DNA of 64,000 nt from an uncultured Spirochaetota bacterium. GTDB taxonomy: Bacteria > Spirochaetota > Spirochaetia > SZUA-6 > Fen-1364. The notes under the pieces were generated by a model. The model was not told the DNA's origin. It searched no databases and saw only the letters and a list, made by a program, of their open reading frames with translations. The position numbers and the translations under genes are program-made. The stretch lies in the NCBI GenBank assembly GCA_963820525.1, contig CAWGAA010000001.1, forward strand, positions 2,112,001 to 2,176,000, given 5' to 3'. This document shows, one piece after another, positions 30,558 to 40,775 of the stretch (its first letter is position 1; each line of letters begins with the position of its first letter).

Positions 30558-31142
30558 ATGAAGCTCATTGCGTTTCTCGGCAGCCCCCGATCCAACGGAA
30601 ACACGGACACTCTGGCCAACCGGATCCTGGACGGCGCACGGTCCGCCGGAGTGGAGGTGGAAAGCGTGGCCCTCCGCGGGCTGGACATCCAGCCCTGCAC
30701 CGGATGCGACCGCTGCTGGAAGAACGGGCGGCCCTGCATCTTCAGCGACGACATGGCGCGTCTCTACGACTCGATCTCCCGCGCCGATGTCCTGCTCTTC
30801 GCCACGCCCGTCTACTGGTACGGGCCCACAACCATCATGAAAGCCCTCATCGACCGCCTGGTGGTTTTCAATCGTCCCCAGGGACGCCCCCTCGTCGAGG
30901 GAAAGGCGGCCCTCCTCGTCTCCGCCTACGAGGAGAAGGGCCCGGAGGCGGTGGAGCCCCTGCTGCGGATGTTCGAGCTCAGCTTCCGGTACCTCGGCCT
31001 TCGCTGGATCGATCGCGTGGTGGTCGATGGCACGGGACCCAAGGGGTCCATTCTCGCCAAGCCGCACGCCCTGGAGAGGGCCGCGGCCATCGGCCGCGGC
31101 CTGCCCCAGTCGGCTCGCCAGGCAATGCCGAAGCCGGGGTGA
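30558..31142 (+). CDS. Flavodoxin-like iron-sulfur flavoprotein / NADPH-dependent FMN reductase family
   Basis: GSPR.NGNT, CTGCDRC...C, ATPVYW, K.LIDR. Confidence 0.9.
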   Translation: MKLIAFLGSPRSNGNTDTLANRILDGARSAGVEVESVALRGLDIQPCTGCDRCWKNGRPCIFSDDMARLYDSISRADVLLFATPVYWYGPTTIMKALIDRLVVFNRPQGRPLVEGKAALLVSAYEEKGPEAVEPLLRMFELSFRYLGLRWIDRVVVDGTGPKGSILAKPHALERAAAIGRGLPQSARQAMPKPG

Positions 31143-31197
31143 AAGCCCCCTGTCTTTCGGGCGGCTGCCGTCATTGACAGCTCAATCTTGGTTTGCA

Positions 31198-33894
31198 ATG
31201 CTTGTCAGTGGAGCTCTGCGCGTGAGCCGATTGGCGCCAAGGCAAAAGCGGTACTTTCTTTCCATCATATTCTGCCTGCTCGCAGTTGTGGGCTTCGCCC
31301 AGGGCCGGTCGCCTTCCGTTCTCATCCTCGACTCCTACCACCCGGGGTATGCCTGGTCGGACAATGAGCTGGCCGGGCTCATGGAGAGGCTACGTGAGGG
31401 CTACCCCGATATCGACCCTTCCATCGAGTTCCTCGACGCGAAGCGCTTTCCCAGCTGGGAACATCTGCAGACGGTCAGGGACTTCCTCCAGAAGAAATAC
31501 GTACGCGAAAAGCTGGACCTGATCCTCGCGCTGGACAATTCTGCCCTTGATATGTTGGTGAGCTTCGCCAAGAGCCTGTTCCCCGATGTGCCGGTGGTAT
31601 TCGCAGGTTATAACGGTTTCTCCCCCGAGGTCGTCACGGGACGGAAGAAGGTGACCGGGGTTGCCGAGCTGGAGGACGAGGCGGGGACGATCAGGATCGC
31701 GCTCTCGCTCTTCCCGCATGCCACTCACCTGCTCGTGCTCGACGACCAGACCGCCACCGGCATCGCCGCGCGCAAGAACACGGAGAAGCTTCTTCCCGTG
31801 TTTTCGCACCGCGTATCGGCAACCTTTGCCCCGCCCGTCTCCTTCCGGCAGGCCGCGGATCTCATCAAGCGCCTGCCGCCCGATTCCTTCGTAATGATCG
31901 GGCCTTTTTCCACGGACAAGGACGGGCTCAGCCTGCCGCTGGATCAGGGTACCCAGCTTCTCACCGCGGCCGCGAATGTGCCCGCGTTCTCGAATACCGA
32001 AGTATGCCTTGGATATGGGATCATCGGCGGCAGCCTCCTTCGCGGCCAGGACCAGGGCAGGCGCGCCGGGGATATAGCGCTGCGTGTCCTGGCGGGGGAA
32101 AACCCCGAGAAAATCCCCGTGGTCATGGAGAGCACGTCGCGGCCGATGTTCGACTACCGCCTGCTTTCCCGCTACAAGATCCCCCTTAATGCCCTTCCGA
32201 CGCGAAGCATCGTGATAAACAAGCCGGTGAGCTTATTCGATCGATATGGAACCGCGGCGCTGTGGGCCCTGGCGATCTTCGGCGCGCTTTGCGCAATGGT
32301 CGTTTTTCTTTTCGTGGCCGTCATCCGGCGCAGGAAGGCGGAGCGGGAGCTTGCGCAAAGCGAGTCCCGCCTCAGGGTCATCCTCGATTCGACAAGCGAC
32401 GTGATTCTGGCCACGGATGTCTCGAGGATTGCCACGGCCTGCAACCCTGCCATGGAGCAGCTCTTCGGCTATCGGCCCCAGGAAGTGCTCGGCCGCTCCG
32501 TGGAGATGCTCCACTTCTCCGCCGAGCACTTCAAGAGGTTCGGCGAGATCGCCTTCCCCATCGTGGAGAGGGACGGCTTCTGGCGCGGCGAGTGGGAGTA
32601 TAGAAGGAAGGACGGAAGCCCGCTTTCCGCGGAGTCCGTAATAACCGCGCAGAAGACGGCCGAGGGAAAGCTGCTGGGATACGTGGGAGTGATCAGGGAT
32701 ATCCGGGAGCGAAAGCGCGCCCAGGAAGCCTTGCACAAGACCGAGGAGAAGCTCCAGCAGGCGCAAAAGATGGAGGCGGTGGGCAGGCTCGCCGGAGGAA
32801 TAGCCCACGATTTCAACAACCTCCTCACGGTGATCCGGGGCTACGGGGACCTCGCCCTCGAGCGCACGGGGCAGGCGGATCCCCTTCGCGCCGACCTGGT
32901 GGAGATCAGGAGGGCGTCCGAACGGGCGACGATGTTGACGGCCCAGCTTCTCGCCTTCAGCCGCAAGCAGATCTTCCAGCCCCGGGTCTTCAGCCTGAAC
33001 GACCTGGTGGCGGATATGACCAAGATGCTCCAGCGCCTGATCGGCGAGGACATCGAGCTTTCAACGTCGCTGGCCCAGGGCTCGCGCAGCGTCAAGGCGG
33101 ATCCCGGCCAGATCGAGCAAGTGATCATGAACCTGGTGTTGAACGCCCGGGACGCAATGCCCCAGGGCGGAAGGCTCGTCCTGGAAACGGCGGAGATGGA
33201 TCTCGGGGACGAATTCGTGAGGGAGCATCCCGAGGTGCGAAAGGGGCGCTACGTCTCCCTCACAATCCGCGATACCGGAATCGGCATGGACAAGGAAACG
33301 CTGTCCCACCTCTTCGAGCCGTTCTTCACGACAAAGGAGAAGGGAAAGGGCACGGGACTGGGGCTTTCAACCGTCTATGGAGTCATGAAGCAGAGCGGCG
33401 GCCACGTGTTCTGCGCGAGCACGCCGGGATCCGGGACTTCCTTCACCCTCTACCTTCCCTGCACGGAGGCGAGCGCTCAGAAGGAGCTGCACGGCGCCGG
33501 CGGCGACGCTGTCCGCGGCGGGAGCGAAACCATCATCCTGGTGGAGGACGAGGATGCCGTGCGCGGGTTCGTGAAATCCACTTTGACCGGCTGGGGGTAC
33601 ACGGTACGGGAGTCTCGCGATGGTCAGGAGGCTCTCCAGCTCATTTTCGATGAGAAGGCCCCGGCAGATCTCGTGATAACGGACGTCGTGATGCCCCACA
33701 TGAGCGGCAGGGAGCTCGCCCAACGGATCAGAAGCGTCAGGCCCGACGCCAAGATCCTCTTCATCTCGGGATATGCGGGAGGCTCGATGGACTCCCCGGA
33801 CGGAAGCAGGGTCGAAGAGCATTTCATCCAGAAGCCATTCAGCCCGGAAGATCTGGTGAAGGAGGTGAGGATCGTTTTAGACGAGCCGGTGTGA
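31198..33894 (+). CDS. Hybrid sensor histidine kinase (periplasmic binding-protein-like domain, TM, PAS, HisKA, HATPase, REC)
   Basis: LDSYHPGY.W; TM helix; PAS ending RDIRER; AHDFNNLL; NLVLNARDAM; FFTTK..G.GTGLGL; REC DVVMP. Start uncertain (31198 ATG or 31222 GTG). Confidence 0.93.
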   Translation: MLVSGALRVSRLAPRQKRYFLSIIFCLLAVVGFAQGRSPSVLILDSYHPGYAWSDNELAGLMERLREGYPDIDPSIEFLDAKRFPSWEHLQTVRDFLQKKYVREKLDLILALDNSALDMLVSFAKSLFPDVPVVFAGYNGFSPEVVTGRKKVTGVAELEDEAGTIRIALSLFPHATHLLVLDDQTATGIAARKNTEKLLPVFSHRVSATFAPPVSFRQAADLIKRLPPDSFVMIGPFSTDKDGLSLPLDQGTQLLTAAANVPAFSNTEVCLGYGIIGGSLLRGQDQGRRAGDIALRVLAGENPEKIPVVMESTSRPMFDYRLLSRYKIPLNALPTRSIVINKPVSLFDRYGTAALWALAIFGALCAMVVFLFVAVIRRRKAERELAQSESRLRVILDSTSDVILATDVSRIATACNPAMEQLFGYRPQEVLGRSVEMLHFSAEHFKRFGEIAFPIVERDGFWRGEWEYRRKDGSPLSAESVITAQKTAEGKLLGYVGVIRDIRERKRAQEALHKTEEKLQQAQKMEAVGRLAGGIAHDFNNLLTVIRGYGDLALERTGQADPLRADLVEIRRASERATMLTAQLLAFSRKQIFQPRVFSLNDLVADMTKMLQRLIGEDIELSTSLAQGSRSVKADPGQIEQVIMNLVLNARDAMPQGGRLVLETAEMDLGDEFVREHPEVRKGRYVSLTIRDTGIGMDKETLSHLFEPFFTTKEKGKGTGLGLSTVYGVMKQSGGHVFCASTPGSGTSFTLYLPCTEASAQKELHGAGGDAVRGGSETIILVEDEDAVRGFVKSTLTGWGYTVRESRDGQEALQLIFDEKAPADLVITDVVMPHMSGRELAQRIRSVRPDAKILFISGYAGGSMDSPDGSRVEEHFIQKPFSPEDLVKEVRIVLDEPV

Positions 33895-34027
33895 TATCGA
33901 CGGCCGCGGCATGCCGGCCCTGCCTCGGACGCCGGTCTTCGCCCCGCCTCCTCTTGACCATGTGTGTCCAAATCCGTACTCTCCTTGACAAATCCACTTA
34001 AGTTCCGGAATGACTCACGGAGTAGTT

Positions 34028-35461
34028 ATGGGATACAGCATACTTCTGCCCGTTTGCGTCTTCACGCCTCTGGCGGGCGCATTCCTCCTCCCCATTGCTG
34101 GCCGCTTTTCACCGGCCTTGAGAAACTATCTCTCCCTTCTCCTGGTTCTCGTGTCCCTGGCATGTTCCCTGGCTCTGGCTGCCGGCGCGATCTCGGGCCA
34201 GACCGTCTCTTTCCTCATCCCCGGTCCCCTCGGCTTCTCGTTCTCGCTCACCGCGGACGCCCTGGCTGTCTTCATGGCGGCGGTTTCCTCCCTGGTGGGG
34301 GCCGTCATCATCCTTTTCTCCTTCGACTACATCGGCCACTACTCCAACCAGAACGAGTACTACCTGATGGCGGTGCTCTTCCTCGGATCCATGATGGGGT
34401 TGATCTTCTCCACCAACCTCGTGTTCCTCTTCGTCTTCTGGGAGATCACGGGCATCGCAAGCTGGCGGCTCATCGGCTTCTCTAGGGGGAAAACCGACGT
34501 CCTGCGCGCGGACAAGGCCTTCCTCATCACGTCCTTCGGCGCGCTGGTCATGCTGGTCGGCATCCTCGCCGTCTACGGGCTTACGGGCACCTTCGACCTT
34601 GAGGCCATGAAGGGCACCGTTCTGCCCCTGGGAGTGTCGGCCCTCCTGCTCGTCGGGATGCTGTCCAAGTCCGCAACATTCCCCTTCCACACGTGGCTTC
34701 CCGACGCGGGCGTGGCCCCCTCTCCGGTGACCGCCCTCCTGCACGCGGCGGTCCTTGTCAAGATAGGCGTCTATGTCTTTGCGAGGCTTTTCCTGGCCAC
34801 CTTCGGCATTGGAGAGGATCTGCGGACCGCGGTGGCGATCATCGCCGCTATCAGCGCCCTGGTCAGCGCCGGAGCGGCGCTCATCGATACCGATTTCAAG
34901 CGGATCGTAGCCTACTCCACCATCAGCCAGATCGGCTTCATATTCCTGGGGCTCGCAATGGGAAGCTCCCTGGGAGTGACGGGGGCCCTTCTCTATATCC
35001 TCATGCACGGCCTGGCCAAGGCGGGACTGTTCCTCTCCGCGGGGATCGTGGAGCAGAACGCGGGCACCAAGGACATCACCAGGCTGGGCGGCCTGATGCG
35101 AACCATGCCGGTGACGGCCGTGGCGTTCCTCTTCTGCGCCTTTTCCGTCATGGGAATTCCGCCCTTCGGCGGGTTCCTGGCCAAATACATGGTGGTCTCC
35201 GCGGCCGTGAACGGCGGCGAGCTCGCCCTGGGCGCCGTGTTCCTGAGCGGCGCCCTCATGACGATCCTCTACCTGCTTCGGCTGTTCTCCCGCGTCTTCC
35301 TCGGGGAGGCCAGGGGCGCGCCGGCGAGCGAGGGCTCGCCCCTCATGGTGGCGAGCGTCGTGATCCTCGCCGTCCTCTCGCTGGCCGGAGGGTTCCTGGC
35401 GGCATGGCCGGGAGCGCTCGCCGGGATCGCGGTCGCTCAGATGCCGGGGGTGATTCCATGA
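34028..35461 (+). CDS. Antiporter-like (NuoL/MrpA-type) membrane subunit of the hydrogenase complex
   Basis: FWE, KSA.FPFHTWLPDA, LLHAA, AYST.SQ, HG..KA.LF. Confidence 0.9.
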   Translation: MGYSILLPVCVFTPLAGAFLLPIAGRFSPALRNYLSLLLVLVSLACSLALAAGAISGQTVSFLIPGPLGFSFSLTADALAVFMAAVSSLVGAVIILFSFDYIGHYSNQNEYYLMAVLFLGSMMGLIFSTNLVFLFVFWEITGIASWRLIGFSRGKTDVLRADKAFLITSFGALVMLVGILAVYGLTGTFDLEAMKGTVLPLGVSALLLVGMLSKSATFPFHTWLPDAGVAPSPVTALLHAAVLVKIGVYVFARLFLATFGIGEDLRTAVAIIAAISALVSAGAALIDTDFKRIVAYSTISQIGFIFLGLAMGSSLGVTGALLYILMHGLAKAGLFLSAGIVEQNAGTKDITRLGGLMRTMPVTAVAFLFCAFSVMGIPPFGGFLAKYMVVSAAVNGGELALGAVFLSGALMTILYLLRLFSRVFLGEARGAPASEGSPLMVASVVILAVLSLAGGFLAAWPGALAGIAVAQMPGVIP

Positions 35462-37311
35462 ACGGAAATCTTCTGATCCTTCCCATAGTCGTGCCCGCCG
35501 TGGGAGGGCTCCTGGCTTTCCTTCTCCCCTCCCGAAGGCTTCGATGGGCCGCGGGCGCGCTCGCCGTCCTGGTATCGGTAATCCAGGCCGCGCTTGCAAT
35601 CCTGCTCTTCCCGCTGGATCTCTCTTTTACGATCCCCTGGCTGGGGATGGGAATGGATTTCGCGCTCAGGCTCACCCGCCTGTCCGCTTTCATTCTCCTT
35701 GCCGTGGCGGGCTTTGGCCTCCTGGTCTCCCTCTACGCGAGCCGCTTCATGGCGGGCTCGCCATCCGGCCGGCAGTTCCATGCCTGGCTGCTCCTCACCC
35801 TGTCTTTCGCAGCCGGCGCTGCGCTGGCCGACAACCTGGTGCTCCTTCTTGGATTCTGGGAGGGGCTGCTGCTCACCCAGTTCGCAATGATCGCCGCGGG
35901 AAAGACTCGGGCCTTTAGGACCGCCATCAAGGCCTTCATCATCGTCGGGGTTTCGGACCTCGCCCTGATGCTGGGCGTCATGCTCACCTCCCGCCTGGCG
36001 GGCACGCTTACCATGTCGGCCATCAGGCTTCCCCTGGACGGGCTGGGAAGCGCCGCTTTCCTCCTTATGGCCATCGGGGCCATGGGCAAGGCAGGGGCCA
36101 TGCCCTTCCATAGCTGGATCCCCGACGCGGCGCTGGATGCGCCGCTTCCCTTCATGGCCATCCTTCCGGCGAGCATCGAGAAGCTCCTGGGCATCTATCT
36201 CCTGGCGCGCGTATCGCTGGATCTCTTCGCCCTGGTTCCCGGCTCGTGGGTCTCCATGGCCCTGATGACAGTCGGGGCTCTCACGATCCTTCTTGCGGTC
36301 ATGATGGCCCTGGTGCAGAAGGATTTCAAACGCCTGCTCTCCTACCACGCCATAAGCCAGGTCGGCTACATGATCCTGGGTATCGGCACGGCTCTTCCCG
36401 TGGGAATCGTGGGCGGGCTTTTCCACATGGTGAATCACGCCATGTACAAGTCCTGCCTCTTTCTCACCGGCGGCTCGGTCGAAAAACAGGCGGGGACCAC
36501 GGACCTTACCAGGCTGGGGGGCCTCGCGCGAAGCATGCCGGTGACAACCCCGTGCTTCATCGTGGCCGCCGCCTCCATCTCGGGGGTGCCGCCCTTCAAC
36601 GGCTTCTTCTCGAAGGAGCTGGTCTATGACGGCGCCCTGGAGCGGGGGTGGATCTTCTACGCCGCCGCGCTCCTCGGATCGCTCCTCACGGCAGCCTCTT
36701 TCCTCAAGCTCGGTCACGCCGCCTTCTTCGGAAAGCGGGCGGACAACGCTCCCCAGGTCAAGGAAGCGCCCCCCGCAATGCTCGCCCCCATGATCGTTCT
36801 TGCCGGCCTGTGCGTCCTGTTCGGCGTTGCCAACCGCCTCCCGCTGGAGGGCTTCATCCAGCCCGGCGTCAGCTCGTCGATCCTCCAGGGGGTCTCCTTT
36901 GCCGGATGGCCCGCAAAGTCCCTCCTGGTCTGGCTGACTCTCGCGGTTCTCGCGGCCGCGGGCTTGAATCACTGGTACGGCGTTCGACGGTCGGGAAGCG
37001 GCCTGGGCGCCGTTGACCACATCCACCGCGCCCCGGTTCTGGCCCCCATCTATTCAATTGCGGAGAAAGGACGGCTGGATCCTTACTGGATCGGCCGCTG
37101 GGCTGTGAAGGGCATTTCCGCAGCGCTCTGGGGGATCGATCGCGGCGTCGATTGGCTGTATGACGCTCTTGCCGTGAAATCCGCGCTCGGCCTGACGGCG
37201 CTCCTGCGCCGGCTTCACAACGGGAGGGTCAACCGCTACCTGTTGTGGTCTCTTGCCGGCGGGGCGGCGATCGTGATCGCCGTCGTGGCCTGGCTGGGGG
37301 CCGGACGATGA
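35458..37311 (+). CDS. Antiporter-like membrane subunit 2
   Basis: Real start MNGNLL at 35458 (ATGA overlap); FWE, KAG..PFH.WIPDA, LLSYHAISQ, NHA.YK. Confidence 0.9.
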   Translation: MNGNLLILPIVVPAVGGLLAFLLPSRRLRWAAGALAVLVSVIQAALAILLFPLDLSFTIPWLGMGMDFALRLTRLSAFILLAVAGFGLLVSLYASRFMAGSPSGRQFHAWLLLTLSFAAGAALADNLVLLLGFWEGLLLTQFAMIAAGKTRAFRTAIKAFIIVGVSDLALMLGVMLTSRLAGTLTMSAIRLPLDGLGSAAFLLMAIGAMGKAGAMPFHSWIPDAALDAPLPFMAILPASIEKLLGIYLLARVSLDLFALVPGSWVSMALMTVGALTILLAVMMALVQKDFKRLLSYHAISQVGYMILGIGTALPVGIVGGLFHMVNHAMYKSCLFLTGGSVEKQAGTTDLTRLGGLARSMPVTTPCFIVAAASISGVPPFNGFFSKELVYDGALERGWIFYAAALLGSLLTAASFLKLGHAAFFGKRADNAPQVKEAPPAMLAPMIVLAGLCVLFGVANRLPLEGFIQPGVSSSILQGVSFAGWPAKSLLVWLTLAVLAAAGLNHWYGVRRSGSGLGAVDHIHRAPVLAPIYSIAEKGRLDPYWIGRWAVKGISAALWGIDRGVDWLYDALAVKSALGLTALLRRLHNGRVNRYLLWSLAGGAAIVIAVVAWLGAGR

Positions 37312-38720
37312 GCGATATCCTCCTCCTGGTCCCCTTCGCGGCGCTGATCGCGCTGAACCTCCTGCCCAAAAGCGCCCGCGGCGCGGCAGGCAGCGTATGC
37401 ATTGCGCTTCTCTTCCTGCAGACGGCGACGGCTGCGATTCACGCCTTCGGCCTGTTCGACTGGTCTTTTCTCGCGCCCCTGGAGAGGGCCCTCGGGTTCA
37501 ACCTGCAGGTCGACAACCTGAGCGTCCTGCTCCTCATAAGCTCGGGGCTCGCCGGAATGGCCGCATTGCTGGTGGCGAGGCCGGTGCTCCGCCAGAAGAG
37601 CGACACCTTCACGTTCGCAAACCTTCTCCTGGTGGCCCTGATCGGAATGAACGGAATCGCCGTTGTGCGCGACCTGTTCACCCTGTACGTTTTCATCGAG
37701 GTGACGGCCGTTTCCACCTTCATCCTCATCGGCCTCCGCCACGGCGCGGATGCCTTCGAGGGGGCATGGAAGTACATCATCCTTTCCGCCGTGGCGAGCG
37801 TGTTCATTCTTTGCTCGATCGGGCTGTTTCTCCTCACCGCGGGTGGCGTCGGCTTCCCGGCCGTGGCCATCGCGCTGGCCGCGCCGGGGCCGCTCACCTG
37901 GGCCGCGGTGGCGCTTTTGCTCTGCGGGCTTTTCGTCAAGGGGGGGCTCGTGCCCTTCCACGGCTGGATTGCGGATGCATATACCGCGGCCCCCGCTCCC
38001 GTGTCCATTTTCATGGCGGGAGTCGTCACCAAGGCATCCGGGATCTTCGCCCTCATCCGCCTTTCCCGATTCGCCCTCTCCCAGGCGGCCCCGGCGCGTG
38101 AAGTGTTCCTCGTGGTCGGCGCCCTGACGATCGTCGTGGGGGCGTTCCTCGCCCTGGGGCAATCCGACATGAAAAGGATGCTCGCCTACTCCAGCGTGAG
38201 CCAGATCGGCTACATCGTGCTCGCCCTCGGGGGGGCCCCGGCCCTGGGGATCGTCGCCGCGGCGCTTCACTTCTTCAACCACGCCGTATCCAAGGCGCAG
38301 CTCTTCACCAACGCCGCCGCGATAGAGACCCAGCTGGGCACCCTCGACATGGACAGGATGGGAGGGATCGCATCCCGGATGCCGGTGACGGGGGCCACCT
38401 CGGCCGTGGCGAGCCTCTCGATCGCCGGGCTCCCGCCCCTTGCGGGCTTCTGGAGCAAGCTCCTCATCGTCATCGCCCTGTGGCAGGCCGGGCAGTACGC
38501 CTTCGCCGTGGTGGCGATCCTCGCCAGCCTGGTGACGCTGGCCTATTTCCTCTCTCTACAACGCAGGGTGTTCTTCGGAAAGACCCTTCCCGAATGGACC
38601 GGGGTTCGCGAGGCGGGGTTCCGCTACATCTTTCCCGCCGCGCTCCTGGCCCTGATCACCGTGGCAATCGGGCTGGCGTTCCCCTTCGTGCTCTCGATAC
38701 TCCTGGGAGGCGGCGTATGA
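37308..38720 (+). CDS. Antiporter-like membrane subunit 3 (MrpD/NuoN-like)
   Basis: FIE, K.G..PFH.W..DAY, KRMLAYSS.SQ, NHA..KA.LF. Confidence 0.9.
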   Translation: MSDILLLVPFAALIALNLLPKSARGAAGSVCIALLFLQTATAAIHAFGLFDWSFLAPLERALGFNLQVDNLSVLLLISSGLAGMAALLVARPVLRQKSDTFTFANLLLVALIGMNGIAVVRDLFTLYVFIEVTAVSTFILIGLRHGADAFEGAWKYIILSAVASVFILCSIGLFLLTAGGVGFPAVAIALAAPGPLTWAAVALLLCGLFVKGGLVPFHGWIADAYTAAPAPVSIFMAGVVTKASGIFALIRLSRFALSQAAPAREVFLVVGALTIVVGAFLALGQSDMKRMLAYSSVSQIGYIVLALGGAPALGIVAAALHFFNHAVSKAQLFTNAAAIETQLGTLDMDRMGGIASRMPVTGATSAVASLSIAGLPPLAGFWSKLLIVIALWQAGQYAFAVVAILASLVTLAYFLSLQRRVFFGKTLPEWTGVREAGFRYIFPAALLALITVAIGLAFPFVLSILLGGGV

Positions 38721-39211
38721 CCCTGATGACCATCATCCTGGTTCTCCTGGTTCTTGCCGCGCTGTGGGCCTCGATGACGATGCTCCTCCTGCGCGCGGCG
38801 ATAGCCCTGGCCCTCACCAGCGCCATGCTCGCCGTGGTCATGTACAGCCTCGGAGCCACCCTCGCCGCCGTCATCGAGCTTTCCGTATGCGCGGGGCTCA
38901 TCTCGGTGGTCTTCGTGAGCGTCATCAGCCTCACCCAGCGGCGGCCCTTCCGGGAGTACATCGAGCGCAGACGCAGCCGCATCCGCCGCTTCTGGCCGCT
39001 GCCCCTGGTGCTGATAGCGGCCGGAGCGGCGCTCTCCTTCGTGCATGCCCCCGTCCAGATCGCCCTTCCCCTCCCGTCGGGAGCCGGGGACGTGCGCACC
39101 GTCCTGTGGAACCTCCGCCAGATCGACCTGTTCGGGCAGATCCTGATTCTCCTGGCCGGAGTATTCGGGGTGCTGGTACTTTTCAAGAGGGAAGAAAAAG
39201 ATGCCGATTGA
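38717..39211 (+). CDS. NuoJ-like membrane subunit
   Basis: Hydrophobic; ELSVCAGLI, LW..R..DL.GQ; ATGA overlap. Confidence 0.78.
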   Translation: MTLMTIILVLLVLAALWASMTMLLLRAAIALALTSAMLAVVMYSLGATLAAVIELSVCAGLISVVFVSVISLTQRRPFREYIERRRSRIRRFWPLPLVLIAAGAALSFVHAPVQIALPLPSGAGDVRTVLWNLRQIDLFGQILILLAGVFGVLVLFKREEKDAD

Positions 39212-39521
39212 GATCCCCCAGTCCTTCTGGTTGTACTTCATATTCTTCGTCCTTCTCCTCGTGGACGGGCTGTGGTGCCTGCTGGCCACGTACAACCTCC
39301 TTCGCATGCTCATTGGCCTTGAGATCCTCATGAAGTCCGTCACCTTCTTCCTCATCGTGGCGGGCGCCTTGAGCGGTAGAATGGGCCTGGCCCAGGCCAT
39401 GGTGATCACCGTCATCGTCATCGAGGTGGTGGTCGTGGTCGTGGCGGCGGGGGTCATCCTGGGCTTCTTCCGCGCCCATGATTCGCTGAACATCAGGAAC
39501 ACGGGAAGGATGAAGGGGTAG
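39201..39521 (+). CDS. NuoK/MrpC-like membrane subunit
   Basis: NLLRMLIGLEIL, 3 TM helices, second TM Glu (IEV). Confidence 0.85.
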   Translation: MPIEIPQSFWLYFIFFVLLLVDGLWCLLATYNLLRMLIGLEILMKSVTFFLIVAGALSGRMGLAQAMVITVIVIEVVVVVVAAGVILGFFRAHDSLNIRNTGRMKG

Positions 39522-39524
39522 CCC

Positions 39525-39857
39525 ATGGCGATGCTCTTCCTCGTTCCCCCCGTCGCCCTCACCCTTCTCGTGCTCACCGTGTGGGGGCTTTCAGCGGCTT
39601 CCCGCTCCCTTTCGTTCAAGAGGAAAGGCCCGCGCGGCGCCCTGGACAAGCCGTACGCCGGCGGCGAGGACGTCCAGAAGCAAAGGTTCCAGCCCGACTA
39701 CAGCCAGTTCTTTCCCTTTGCCTTCTTCTTCACTATCCTTCACGTGGTGACGCTGATCGTAGCCACGGCCCCGGCGCGGACCATAGAAAGCTTCGCCATC
39801 GCGGTCATCTACGTTCTTGGCGCAGTGCTTGCGCTGTTCATTCTGTTTCGGAGGTAA
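39525..39857 (+). CDS. NuoA-like membrane subunit
   Basis: KPYAGGE loop, FAFFFTILHV, 3 TM helices. Confidence 0.75.
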   Translation: MAMLFLVPPVALTLLVLTVWGLSAASRSLSFKRKGPRGALDKPYAGGEDVQKQRFQPDYSQFFPFAFFFTILHVVTLIVATAPARTIESFAIAVIYVLGAVLALFILFRR

Positions 39858-39867
39858 TCATCGACCA

Positions 39868-40305
39868 ATGAACGTATTTCGAAGGATCGTCCGCTGGGCG
39901 CAGAGGAAATCCCCCTGGATGCTTCACTTCAACACGGGGGCCTGCAACGCCTGCGACATCGAGATCATTGCGGCCCTCACCCCGCGCTTCGACCTGGAGC
40001 GGCTGGGGGTCCAGCTCAAGGGGACCCCTCGGCACTGCGACATCCTGGCCTGCTCGGGGCCCGTGACCAGGCAGATCAAGGACAGGCTGGTGCGCATCTA
40101 CGAGCAGGTGCCGGAGCCGAAGATCGTGGTGGCCGTTGGAAGCTGCGCCACCAGCGGCGGAGTGTTCAACGGCCTGTACAATGTCATGGGCGGAATCGAC
40201 AAGGCGATCCCCGTGACGGCCTACATCCCCGGCTGCCCGGCGAGCCCCCAGGCCATCATCGACGGGTTCGCCAAGCTCATCAAGAGCCTCGAAGAGAAGA
40301 AATGA
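39868..40305 (+). CDS. Group 4 [NiFe]-hydrogenase small subunit (NuoB-like)
   Basis: CNACDIE, GSCA..GG, IPGCP. Confidence 0.93.
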   Translation: MNVFRRIVRWAQRKSPWMLHFNTGACNACDIEIIAALTPRFDLERLGVQLKGTPRHCDILACSGPVTRQIKDRLVRIYEQVPEPKIVVAVGSCATSGGVFNGLYNVMGGIDKAIPVTAYIPGCPASPQAIIDGFAKLIKSLEEKK

Positions 40306-40775
40306 GCGACGCACAGGCCGTGAAGGCCGATCTTGAAGGAACCTTCCCGTTTCTGGCGGGCGCCGTCACGATACAGCGCGAGAAGCGGCTGTGGGTCGAG
40401 GTCTCCCGGGAAGCCTTCGCCGAGGTGTTCGACCGTCTGGTGAAGGGCATGGGCTTTTCCACCCTCTGCACGATTACGGGCCTCGACGAGGGCGCCGATC
40501 TCGGCTTCATCCATCACCTGGCGCGCGACGGGGGCCTCGTGGCGAGCGTGAAGACGCGCTGTCCCAAGGGCCAGGGGATCAAAACCGTCACCCCCTGGTT
40601 CCCCGGCGCCGCCATCTACGAGAGGGAGCTGGAGGACCTGTTGGGCGCGCGCGTCGAGGGCCTTCCCCCCGGCCAGCGCTACCCGCTTCCCGACGACTGG
40701 CCCAAGGACGATCATCCCCTCCTGAAGGACTGGAAGCCCAAGGCGGCCGCCGAGGAGAAAGGAGCCGGAGCGTGA
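40302..40775 (+). CDS. NuoC-like subunit
   Basis: LCTITGLD, A.IYERE..DL.G, PDDWP...HPLLKD. Confidence 0.9.
   Translation: MSDAQAVKADLEGTFPFLAGAVTIQREKRLWVEVSREAFAEVFDRLVKGMGFSTLCTITGLDEGADLGFIHHLARDGGLVASVKTRCPKGQGIKTVTPWFPGAAIYERELEDLLGARVEGLPPGQRYPLPDDWPKDDHPLLKDWKPKAAAEEKGAGA

Noticed and set aside
34693..35457. N-terminal extensions in track ORFs 34693..37311, 40391..42943, 48318..50372, 59315..60790, 62089..63414 and 53236..54597 that look like fusions
   Set aside because: Off-frame read-through over neighbouring genes or caused by the frameshifts; real starts have ATGA/GTGA overlaps or an RBS.
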